Assembly (NCBI GenBank): GCA_963924565.1
Contig: OZ004610.1
Coordinates: forward strand, 27,900,001 to 27,964,000
Direction of reading: 5' to 3'
DNA length: 64,000 nucleotides
Origin: Ascidiella aspersa
Lineage: Eukaryota
In this document: positions 47,401-59,289 of the stretch, piece by piece
How the letters are laid out: each line of letters opens with the position of its first letter
Numbering within the stretch: the stretch's first letter is position 1
Translations under genes and position numbers: made by a program
Notes under the pieces: model-generated
Seen by the model: only the letters and a program-made list of their open reading frames with translations
Told to the model about the DNA's origin: nothing
The model's database searches: none

Positions 47401-48843
47401 TGTCACATGTTAGTGGCAAGCGTTTTGCGTTCAGCTTCGCTAACCCCTCTACTTTTACCAGCATGCATTTTCACGTTTGTCGCAATAACGCTTTTCCTTT
47501 GTGACCTTATTTGATTCGTGCACCGCTCTAACCCGCTGTTCCGCCTTATTTGCTTGAGATTTTCGTAACCAATCGATTTATCACATATAGCAGTATTTTT
47601 AAATTGATCTTTATTATTGTATTTAGTTTTTAGATTTTTTTTTAAAACATTACTCTTGTTTGGCTGATTGCTTGATTTTTTCATCCAAAGCGTTTTGCCT
47701 CTCGAATTGGTTAAATCAGTCGGATTTAAAGCCTAACAATTTAAGATTGTGATTTTTCTGAATGCGACTTTTCCGTTTTTAGAACGGCGAAAATACACCC
47801 GTCGCAATACTACTGAAAGCTGCGGATGCCACCCTTCTACTGCCCTACAGAAGAAATTACTCTTTTAAGTATTTTGTGAACTCCGTTGTTTTTGTTTTTT
47901 TAGACAGGTTCTCTGTTGCCTTTCAAGATAAGGCTTTTCTACAGTTGCTATATGCTGCAATATTACTCACCAGTAAATATCGAAGAGGGTATCGCGCTTC
48001 GCCAAAAGGTGTACTACTGCGAAGCTTATACGGGCCCTGATTTGAAGTTTTATGTAAGTCTTACTTACCGAATATTGAGTAAAATGTTTTGTTTCTGCCA
48101 AATGCTTATAACAGCTTTACGTTTTTATACATAATACATTGTATAGTAAATCGACCGCTGAAACAGAAATTGTGTGTATGGTAGAACATATGCGCAATAA
48201 ACTTACTATATAATGTGAAGTCATTCGGGTGACGCGTTTGACCGATTTACGTGAAACCTTGAAGCCGCTTGTCGTGAGTGTGCAATAGTTCCGATCGACA
48301 AGTACAACAAAACATTTTTTTCTCTCCACGAATAAAAATAAAGCGCGAATAGTTTTTTGGACTTTTTTTTTTTGGGGGGGGGGGGTTATTTTGCTAAAGA
48401 TGGACTCGTTACTCGGGGAATCTTACTCGTGCGCATGCGCAGTACCAAATTTAGAAAGCGGTCAGCACACAAACTGTTTTTTTTTTCACGATGGAATAGT
48501 TTATAGATAAATATCTTTACCCAACGTTGTATATGCGTGATTATACCCCTTTGAGTAGATTTCTGTAAATCGGCGTTATTTTAGTTGCATAAATGGACGA
48601 AAACACGCTGTAGGCTACAGTCGGAGATTGATTCGACAATTGTTTTTAACTGACTCAACAGCTCTGTGTGCAGCCGGCATTTTTCATAAAATACAAACAT
48701 GTGAGATTTGATTCCGCACTATCACTTGGTTAAACGAAAATATTTTGGTATTTACCATTGCCGATCCTTGTTATAAGGGTAAGATTAAGTCATACTTACT
48801 GTGGATTATCATGCAATGATGTATTCGAAAACAGGTGTGCCGC

Positions 48844-48879
<36 letters not shown>

Positions 48880-50848
48880 TTAGTGTGCCGCAAGCTAAAT
48901 GGTTTGAGAACCAATGCTTTATGTGTTTAATTTGATGATTATTCTAGTTGACCAGTTCTAGTTGGCTGCTGATTCTAATTTAACTTGTGAAATTCTTGTG
49001 TGCTCCAATTTTAGTTATTATCTAACTAACGATTTTATTAAATTGCCCTTACTTTTTTAGTTTTTTAATGGAAACAAGTTTTTAGCAATGTTAGGTCAAT
49101 CATTTAGTCTGAAAAGTGCTAATATAGGAGTGGGAATTTTGTCATTCGTATTCTTAGAAAACAATTTGATTTCTATTGATTGTGAATTGGCGAAACCGAG
49201 CCTGATACTAGCTCAGATTTTTTGTAGTTTTTTTTTTTTTCGAACTTGTCAATTTTAATCTTATACTTAGGAAAACTTGAAAACAATCTACGGTAATTCA
49301 ATGTGATAATTTGGCGATTGGCTATTATTATTAATATAAAATTTTGTAAACCATTGATCAGCTACGGAAAAATGTCGATTTGGGCTTTGCTCCTCCTGTC
49401 TTTAAATTAACAAAGAGGCTTTCAAATTCTTCGCGAAATCTCGCCAACCCGCTATTCCTTGCGAAGCTTCAATGTAAGTATATATTTTTAACTTGGCCAA
49501 AGCCCTTACATGAACTTGACCAAGCCCAGTATAGAGCGCAATTATAGTTCGTTAAAGGCGATCATGTTCAGGAAATGTCAATCCCAGCAAAGTCGCCCGT
49601 TTTTACCGGCCTTAATTTGTGAGCGTTGCATTTTAGTTGCCTTACATCACAAGGTTTAGGTTGGCCATTCGAGAAAATGCATCTCGGTGGAATTTTTCCT
49701 GGCGCGTTAGAAAAGGGGCGCTTTAGGCTGAATATAGGTTTCGGCAATACATTTTCAATTATATCGTCCATCAGAAGCAGTCAGACGGCAACTCTTTTTA
49801 GAGCGATAAAATGCAATTAGATTAGAGCTTTTGGGGCTAATAGAAAAATTAATTATGCACAAAGTTGTATGTTTGGCTTCCAATTCGTACAAGAGTTTAC
49901 TTTAACGTTATATATCATCACTTTATTTTGTCATATAGAAATGAATTCATAAATTTTGTACGGATAATATAAAACCACTTTGCAGTAAAAATGCATAGTG
50001 AAGCTAATTGTTTACTTTTATCTAAAATTAAACATTTGGCACAAAGAACGTAGACTTATGTCAGACTACAGCTATAAGACATATATATAAGAACATCAAC
50101 GTTGAAATAAAACACAGTTCGGAAAAAGACCGAAATCGGACTTCCAGTCGTAATACCGTCCTAATCAGATTAAGTTCGAAATCCGTCGGAATTAGGCGTA
50201 AATGGTCATAATCAGGTCTATGCAGCATTTTACCTAATCCTAAACCCACCCCTAAGCACATTTTTAACTACCCTAATAGTTTTAACCCAAACCCAATATC
50301 TAATCCTCAAAATTACCCCCAAATAACCCCAAACAGGGGAAAATCCGGAGCCAAAAGTGCGGCGCGCTGACGGAGCTGGTCAAACTAGGGCATCCAAACG
50401 TTGACACCAAAAAGACTGATGCCAGATCGATGGCCCCGATTTGGCCATAATTTCAAACTACGCAGTATCAGGTGTCATTTCAGCCACATAGGCCCTATTC
50501 CAATGAATTTAGGACGTATTCCGACAGGTTTAGGTCTTACTAAGACGATTTAGATCTTATTCTGACGTGGATATTACTGATGTGTATTCGGCTTTAATAA
50601 GTCGTTGGTCTTAGTACTATGGTATTATAGATTTTTAGTCTGCTATAGATATTTGTTGTCATGTAGGTCTTATTGTGTGTTCCCCAATTGTGTCCTATTT
50701 TACAAAAAAGAATGCTCTACCCTTTTTATAAATTGCAACTTTACCTTCTAGCATAGATGCAAACTAGCAACTGTAGTAACTTATTTGTTTAACTATTTGC
50801 GATAACGCTTGTTCGGCATTTTATTTACAACCTTGGAAACGTCCTGAA

Positions 50849-51811
50849 ATGTTAAAACAAAACGCATCCGGTAATTTTTCTCGACTGGGTCCGCACGAAT
50901 GGACTGCAGCAGCAAGGGCCTTAAACGTTATTGAAATTCTCGGCTTAATTTCGCTCATCGGCAGCTTCGTGGTTTACGGGATACGCAGCGGAAAATGGAA
51001 AAAGGCTGGGAACTCTTCGGATGAGATGAAGGTCAACCACAGGCCGATTTACTTCGCCAGCCTTTCAACGCTTGTATTAGCCTTTTTACTTTTGGTTCTT
51101 GATCAAGTTGTTCTCAACCTAGACCTAGAGCATGACATTGGTTCGCAGGTTTACTGCAGGATTGCTACCCTTATTGGCGTTATTTGTTTGCCGTGTTTCT
51201 TTTTATGTTGCTACTTGCTGTTTTGGCTGCGACTCCATTACCTGTATGTAAACATATCCATTATACAGGAGATCAGCCCGCTGTTGCAACTTTTTAAATG
51301 GTCGATACTGTCGCAGTTCATTCTCAGTATATTCACGGTTCAGTCTTATTACGCGTACGTTCATGCGACTGAAGATTCTGGAACTTACTGCACCGACGAC
51401 GGCCCGGTTTCGATGACCCAATGGCCGGTGTATGTGGCAATCAGTGTGATGTGGGTGGCACGAGCATCGTTGGTTTTCCAGTTCCTCTTTCCGCTGCGCT
51501 CTCATTTGCGTGGCAGACGCGCGCAAGACATTTTGCGCATCGCCAAACGTTTAGCAGCGATCACAGCTTGCGGTTTAGTTTTCAACGCGGCTCTCACGTT
51601 GGCCGTCGACTTGTTTCTTGACAAAGCGTTGCATCTTTATATCTTATATTACGGTTTCGACATGTGTGTTCACGTGCTTTTCGTTGTAGTCTCTTTTGAC
51701 AATTGGAGGGAAATAGTCGCTTTGAGCAACTGGGCCAAGAAAGCCGCCCCGCGCGAATCTGGCACTGCGCAAGCAGCTACAGTTGAAACAGTAAGCACGA
51801 CGTACATGTAA
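50849..51811 (+). CDS. Orphan intronless 7TM protein, copy B
   Basis: 320 aa, colinear paralogue of copy A. Confidence 0.85.
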   Translation: MLKQNASGNFSRLGPHEWTAAARALNVIEILGLISLIGSFVVYGIRSGKWKKAGNSSDEMKVNHRPIYFASLSTLVLAFLLLVLDQVVLNLDLEHDIGSQVYCRIATLIGVICLPCFFLCCYLLFWLRLHYLYVNISIIQEISPLLQLFKWSILSQFILSIFTVQSYYAYVHATEDSGTYCTDDGPVSMTQWPVYVAISVMWVARASLVFQFLFPLRSHLRGRRAQDILRIAKRLAAITACGLVFNAALTLAVDLFLDKALHLYILYYGFDMCVHVLFVVVSFDNWREIVALSNWAKKAAPRESGTAQAATVETVSTTYM

Positions 51812-53891
51812 GCAGTACTTCTCGACCTTTTTTGCGGCGCACGAAAATACTAAGCACAAGTTTAACGACGAGGCTTTGACGACCCAACCCTCTCGACTGC
51901 ACTCTTTGCAAGTTTGAAGTGAACAAAGCACCAATCAGCCAATAACATCAATAGGCTTGGCTTTTAATTAATATGAGCCATATTTTCGTATTGTTTTTAT
52001 AGCTTTCTGTAAAATTACAGAAATCTTGCTTAGAACTAATCTTAATAAATCTTACAATGTAAACCAGTGGTTTCCAACCTTTTATGGCTTACGGCGCCCC
52101 TACTAGAATTTTCGTAACCTAATTGACTCACTCACAATAAACGGAACTGGAACAACAAACATCAACTCTTACACAATGTAGAAGAATGCAATTTAATTCT
52201 TCATAGTCTAATTATGCACATAAAGTTATACGAAGCTTACCAGTTTAGCAAGAATCAGATTCTTAAATATTGCCGAATATCTCTCGGTACTCTTGAGCAT
52301 TAGAAGTGGCACCCCAGGGTTTCGTGTGTTGATAAGGAGACGGAAATTTCATATTACTATTGTTATATTTTTCAGGTTTAACAAAAAAATTTACACATTC
52401 AGGAGTGAAGAATGGCCGGTTGTGGAAGAACCTAGGCGACAACCCTTTGGTAATTTGTGTTGCCAAAAACCTTACACCAATAATCGTGGTTCGTGTTGTT
52501 GTTGTTGTTTATTAAAAAATATTGACTCACATAAATTTTCGTTCGATTTACATTGCGACTTGTATTGTAAAACCAACTGCTCCTTTTTTCTTTGAATGTG
52601 GTTCAGGGATGATTAGATAAAATTTATTTATCTTTGGTAGTTTGCTGAATATAGGATGCTTTATAACCGTGAAATATAATTTCTTAACATTTTGAAATTT
52701 ACATGTTGTGTTCTTATTATGCCACAGCTTGACGTTTGCTAACGACCAAGAATCACAAAACGGGTCTACCACATAATGATTTCTTGTGGTTGTAAGACCT
52801 TTAATCTTGCATTGAGTATTTAGATATTTTAGTAAACACGGCGTTAAACAATAACGTGTTGTCTGCTAAAAAACCGTCGTTCAGTTTGAAACATGAGGCA
52901 AGTAAATTTTTAGCAGTTCAGTTTTTGACAATAAAAACTGACCTGAATTTGCACATGGTTAAGTTATAAATACCTTTCCGCATAATACATGCTCTAATTT
53001 CAAAATGTGAATGCTGACGACCTAAAGGTTTTTTGTCCTTAATAACACTGTCCAACGCTACAAGACTACCTAATAACACATATCCCAAGAAACTGAAAAT
53101 AATTAACTCCTACTCAGTTGATATTTTAGAAATTATATACGTCTTTCTTAGAAGGATTTGTCCTAGTTCCAAAGTGATATGAATAATCCTTCGTGCACAC
53201 TAAAAATACATCAAAGTCCTCCAACTGCAAATTGTGGTTTTGCTTATCTTTTTAACAGAATTTTAAGTGACTTTTCGGCGACAGAATGAATTTTGTTTCT
53301 TAACGATGTTTCCTATTAAAAATAAAAAAAACGGGGTAAACACAAAATATTCATGGTTAAATCAACAAAAGAAGAGATATATTTCAGTTAAGTAAAACAC
53401 CGTTTTGCATTTTTTGCATTTTTAAGTAAAACACCGCGTAATATTCCTTGGAGCGAAAATTGTCCTCTTTTTGGGCAATGTAAATGTGGTTGGGCAATGA
53501 TAAATTCATTTTGGTGATGCGTCGATAATAGCACGAGAGATTTGGGGGAATATTTAAGAATCTTATTTTGCTAAACTGGCAACTATGCCACGTACAACTC
53601 TTTGGGTACGATTGGACTACACTACAAAGAACCAAACTACTGTTCCTTGCATTATATAGAGTGGATGTGTGACGTGTGTTGTTCCGGTTCCGTTTAATGT
53701 GAGATAAAAGTGAATTACTTCACAAAATATCTAGAAGGGATGCCGCAAGCCATAAAATATTAAGAACCACCGATTAACATGGTAAGATTTACTAAGATTA
53801 ATTCTGAGTAAGATTGCTCCAAAGTTAGATAAAGCTAAAGAAGCAATACAAAAACATGGCTCATATTAATTAAAAATCAACTTTATTTATG

Positions 53892-54980
53892 CTATTGGCT
53901 GATTGGTGTGTTGTTCAAGCTTGCAAAAGCTCTGTCGAGAGAGTTGGGTCGACAAAGCCTCACCGATAAACTTGCGCTTAAAGTATTTTGTGCGCCGCAA
54001 AAAATGTCGTGTTCGGCGTTCGTGTTCGGCGTGCTTACTGTTTCAACTGTAGCTGCTTGAGCAGTGCCAGAGTCGCAAGGGCCGGCTTTCTTGACACAGT
54101 TGCTCAAAGCGACTATTTCCGTCCAATTTTCGAAAGAGAGCACAACGCAAAGCACGTAACCACACTGGTCGATACAGTAAATTAAGATAAAATGATGCAA
54201 AGCGTTGTCACGATGCAAGTTTGTGACCAACACAACAGCCACGTCGAAAACTGAACCGCAAGCTGTAATCGCTGCTAAACGTTTGGCGACGCGCAAAATA
54301 TCTTTCGCTCGTCTGCCGCGCAAGTGAGAGCGCAGCGGAAAGACAAACTGGAAAATCAACGATGCTCGTGCCACCCACATCACACTGCCCAGTAAATACA
54401 CCGGCCAACTGGAAAGCATAATCGGGCCGTCGTCGGTGCAGCCAGTTCCAGAATCTTCAGTCGCATGAACGTACGCGTAATAAGACTGAACCATGAATAT
54501 ACTGAGAAGGTAAAGCGACAGCATCGACCATTTGAAAAGTTTCAACAGCGGGTTGATGTGCTGTATGACGGATATGTTCACATACAGGTAATGGAGTCTC
54601 AGCCAAAAAAGCAAGTAATAACATAAAAAGAAATATAGAAAACAAATAACGCCCAAAATGGTGGCAATCCTGCAGTAAGTGCGTGACGTAATGTCATGCT
54701 CTAGGTCTAGGTTGAGAACAACTTGGTCAGAAACCAAACCTATTAAGCCGAAAACAAACGTTGAAAGGCTAACGAAGTAAATTGGCCTGCGGGTGACCTT
54801 CATCCCGTCCGAAGGGTTCCCAGCCTTTTTCCATTTTCCGCTGCGTATCCCGTAAACTACAAAACTGCCGACAAGCCAAATCAGGCCGACAATTTCAATA
54901 ACGCTTAAGAACTTCGCTGCTGCGATCCATTCGGGCGGAGCCAGTCGAGAAAAATTACCGGGTGCGTTCCCTTTAAGCAT
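53892..54980 (-). CDS. Orphan intronless 7TM protein, copy C, with 42-aa C-terminal extension
   Basis: 362 aa; colinear with A and B up to VSTPN, then reads into former 3'UTR. Confidence 0.85.
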   Translation of the reverse strand: MLKGNAPGNFSRLAPPEWIAAAKFLSVIEIVGLIWLVGSFVVYGIRSGKWKKAGNPSDGMKVTRRPIYFVSLSTFVFGLIGLVSDQVVLNLDLEHDITSRTYCRIATILGVICFLYFFLCYYLLFWLRLHYLYVNISVIQHINPLLKLFKWSMLSLYLLSIFMVQSYYAYVHATEDSGTGCTDDGPIMLSSWPVYLLGSVMWVARASLIFQFVFPLRSHLRGRRAKDILRVAKRLAAITACGSVFDVAVVLVTNLHRDNALHHFILIYCIDQCGYVLCVVLSFENWTEIVALSNCVKKAGPCDSGTAQAATVETVSTPNTNAEHDIFCGAQNTLSASLSVRLCRPNSLDRAFASLNNTPISQ

Positions 54981-56282
54981 TTCTTTAAGTTTCCACGGTT
55001 CAGAACTGAAATCCTGATTAAGCGTTTTTAAAATAGTTATATACTAATAAATTCTTAAAGTTGGAGGATTTCTTCTGCGCTGAAAAGTTAAGTTAGGTTT
55101 CAAGTTAATCTGTGCACTAACTGTGAAATAGAACAGTAAAGATCACATTTGTAATGCAAAATGATTTATTTAGGATGAAATTAAACAAGTTGCTTCACAT
55201 TTGATTTTATGCGAACTAAATCGTATTACAAATTATTTTTTATCTTAACACACCTTATGTTGTGTTTGCATTAACTACTTCGAAAAACCTTTGCCGAAAC
55301 TAGTTCTGTTGTTACCGGTTTAAGATGAAATGTTTTTCTTATACAAATTATTTTTTACCACAGGTGTAAACTGCTGACCACAAAACCAACAATATACGCA
55401 AAGCGCTGAAGCTTATACAGCAGATAGTCACCCGTTGAAAGTGCTTGCTATAGTAATTTTTACTGCCATCTAATTAGCTAGTAGCTACATGCTGACCTGT
55501 CACTTATTCCTTAAGTTTAAGTATATAACATAAGCATTTATTCTATATGACAAAATAAAGTGATGAAATATAAAGGTAGACTCTTGTGTGTCTTGAAAGC
55601 CAAATCTGCAACATCCTGGATAATTTTTTCATTATTCCCAGAAGCTATAATCTAATTGCATTTCGGCGCTCTATCACAAAGAATAACCGTCTGCTGGGCT
55701 CTGATATAAATACCATGTATTGCCGAAACCCGTATTCAGCCCAAAGCGTCACTTCTTGCAGTCCTTTTAACGCGCCAGGGAAAATACTACCAGGATGCGT
55801 CTGTCTAAGGTTGCGGTCAACTACCAAGGACGAATGGCAATTACCTAAAACCTTATGTGATGTTAGGCAACCAAAATGCAACGCTTACAAATTAAGGTCG
55901 GTAAAAACGGGCGACTCTGCTGGGATTGACATTTCCTGAACATGTTCGCTATTATTTCAGGTGAAAATCGTTTACAAAATGCACAAACATCGTTTACAAA
56001 ATTAACTTGGAGAAAAATTGCCGTTCAAGGTATTATTTTGTGAAAATTAAACTAGGCGGTAAATGCGAATCAAAATCTTGTTTTTCATTGGTCATTTTAT
56101 AATTGTTTGTCTTTTTGATATGCCAAAATTGTCAACTACCATTCAAGTGTTTTACATAATCCCAACAAAACATATGATTCGTGAACCACCAATCGTCAGT
56201 AAAACATCAAAAACAAATGAGTGACGACGCAAAACACTAATGCCAGTACTTTATAGTTTATACAAGATCGCATTAGTTAAAT

Positions 56283-56821
56283 CAGGGGTCGGCAACCTGC
56301 GGCCCGCGGCCAGCCAACGAAATTCATCCGGCCAGCCGCCTCTTTGACAAACTAGACTTCTTATACTTTTTGACTATTTGAACTACGTAAGCGCAAAAAA
56401 TTTTTTTGATCTTTCTACATCCAGTTTGTTAACGTTATGAAGCTGTATTTTTAACTAGATCGGCGTTTCGTAACCATTGCGCCGTGGAAGGCTGCCAAGT
56501 ATTGGACAAATATTGGACAGCTATTTTTATTTTTATTTTCGGCTATGTAATAAAAATTGCAGGAAATACCGCTATACCAAAAAAATCGCGCTCGCCAGTT
56601 GCGCCGCCACATATTTCGAGGTTCACGTGCACCCTAACTTCAAAAAGATTAACAAACACTTAACAAGATTAACCATCTAAATTATCGCGTCTCCTCAAAG
56701 TAGTTTTATTACACTTTTCATTAGTATTATAGATGATGACCTGTGGACTCGCAATTTAAACTGCAGATACCTTTCTAAGTTTGGCTTTGGCCCGCGACTA
56801 GAAAAAGGTTGCCGACCCCTG
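56283..56821. mobile_element. hAT MITE specific to the second unit
   Basis: CAGGGGTCGGCAACCT...AGGTTGCCGACCCCTG; empty site GCTTAAAT at about 46493 in the paralogous unit. Confidence 0.88.
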
Positions 56822-57146
56822 GCTTGAATCAATTTATTTCTTATAGGTCAAATTTTTGTTATAGGTCAAGTTAATTTTTTAGTAGAAATTTATTTTTTAG
56901 GTCAAAAAATAATCGCCCTAATTATTAGATAGTAACTAAAATTGGAACACAAAAGCAATTCTCAACTATAGACGGGGGTGCGGTTGTTGTATATTTTGTC
57001 ACGGGGTATATTTTCAGGTCTTGGTGTTTTTTTTTAATTTTTAATTTAAATTTTTTTTTTTTTTTTTTTGATATTTTTGTATTTTGTCTTGTATATTTTA
57101 TATTATATATTTTATATAACTTGTTTCTGCAAGCAAAAACAGATAT

Positions 57147-59289
57147 GGGCCGAAAACTTCCTCACTTAACTTCTGGCTTTGATGCGAAAGGGGTTCAAAT
57201 ATGGCGTCGTAGTATTTGGGAAATGATCGAAACATATATTTGATAAATAGAATTTACGTAGATAATGCGTACGGCCATGTTATTACATTCTGGCCAGCTA
57301 ACATGTTCAAAAAGAAAACATTATCATTTTCTTAAAATGGTTTAGCGCCTATGGTTTCCTATACTTTTGCCAAATTTTACTCGGGAAATTTCTACCAGGT
57401 CTTTGTCCGAGCAATCACTGTTTAAACAGACTTTAAATCTGTTGTTTCGAGCAATACGAAAAACTCTTCTATGTGCCTAATACGCCACCTTTTAAATCGA
57501 ACATTTTGCCAATTTAGACCAAATAAACGCAGTGTTTTTAATACTTAATTTTATAAGGCACCATGTTATGACGTGACTGTGTAACGTCGTCGCTGAAAAT
57601 GCAATAATCTTGAGTATTTTGCTCGCTGCGCCCTTGTACAATTTTAAGTCGTGCAGGCCGGGTGTTGATATGTTTGATTGAAGCAATATACGAAACAGGT
57701 GCAAACTGAGTTGTGTACACTGCCCATTAGGTTTCGCATTTAAATTTGAGACAGTAAAATATGCTGTTCAGTAAGAGCAATAAGTTATTTTGCTAAGAGA
57801 AACCTCTTTTGTAAAAAGCAAGTCGCACGTGCCCACTGTTGCCCCTTCGCACAATGAACGTTGCAGTCGTTGCACGTGTGGGATAATATAAGCGCAGCAG
57901 GATATCAGCCGCCGTCGCTTTGCGAGCTGAATAAAGCAAGTTATATGAACGCTTTTGTTAATTCTCTGTTAAAGTTTTTCTGCCGCTAGATAGGAGTAGA
58001 TAGCTGTAAAGGACTAAAACGATGACGTCATTGTTTTTTGTCCCCCAATTAGAGGTAACTAGGGGTGCGGACTCCAAAAGCACATGTAACCCTTCTCTTA
58101 AAACTTGATTTAGACTATACATTCGAAATTATTATAAAATTTAATGTTTTTTGTTTACATCGACTAAACATTTTATATTTACAATAAAAATTCTCAACCC
58201 CCCCCCCCCGCGTCAAGTCACCCTTTACCACAGCATTTTATGTTTCTCATGCGTCCTGCGGTAACAAACTAAATGCGCACCCGAGCGCTAAACGCTCGCT
58301 CACCCAATAACACCCTATTGACACTTGATTATTAGGCAAAGCTTATCGCGAAGTAATTGGTCGCCCGAAAAAATGCTGACGCCGCATTTAAAGCAAGCAT
58401 TATAAATGTGTCGCCGATATTCTGCCTTCAACATCCCTACCCGAAATGCTTCCCTGCGTTAATTGTACGGTGGGTGAAACTTTATTCACGCCTTACCTCT
58501 TTTTGTAATACCGCGACAATACGATGAAATACGATTTGAAGAATATTTAAAAAAATCGTATTTGGAGAATATTTGCTATTTGCACCTGTATAGTAAGTTA
58601 CTCCAATCCAAAATATCAACACACAATTTTAAGTTGTGTAGGCCTGGTGTTGATATGTTGGATTGGAGTTGCCACCAGATTTCGCATTTAAATTTGCGGC
58701 GGTAAAATAAGTTGTTTCTTAAGAGCATTAAGTAATTTTACTAAAGAGAAGCCTTTTTTTAAAATGCAAGTCGCACGAGCCCAGTTTTGGACGTGCCACT
58801 TCGCACAATGAAAGTCTCACGCGCGGGACAATAAAGCGCAGCAGGCGGTAAGTCGCTTCGTCACTTCCCAAGCTGGACAAAGCAAGCGAATATGAACGAA
58901 TTCTGTATGAAAGTTTTTCTGCTGCTAGATGGCAGTCGTTAGCTACAAAGAGCTAAAACGCAATATTTCAGGTTTTTGCCCCCCAAGCAAAGGCCCCTGG
59001 GGGTGCAGCCTCATAAACTTCTACAAAGCACTTACATACCACTCTACGCCATGTCTGAAAATTTGAAGGTTCTACGATGTATACTTTTTCTATAAAGCTT
59101 CGGAAAAAATCGGTCTGAAACATGCCATAGGAAACCATAGGAAACCATAGGAAATCATAGGAAACCATAGGAAACCATAGGAAACCATAGGAAACCATAG
59201 GAAACCATAGGAAACCATAGGAAACCATAGGAAACCAAAAAAGAATAGCGGCAAAAACAAGATATGTCCCGAAAATAAATTTTCGGCCC
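57147..59289. mobile_element. Non-autonomous TIR element (GGGCCGAAAA termini, ATAT flanks), superfamily uncertain
   Basis: ATATGGGCCGAAAA at 57143 and TTTTCGGCCCATAT ending 59293; the region is absent from the paralogous unit at about 46652. Confidence 0.7.
59125..59237 (+). repeat. Decamer minisatellite (GAAACCATAG)n, 10 full copies plus partials
   Basis: Directly visible; one variant GAAATCATAG. Confidence 0.97.

Noticed and set aside
50230-50340. Interstitial telomere
   Set aside because: Only scattered CCTAA/AACCC words, with no regular (TTAGGG)n array.
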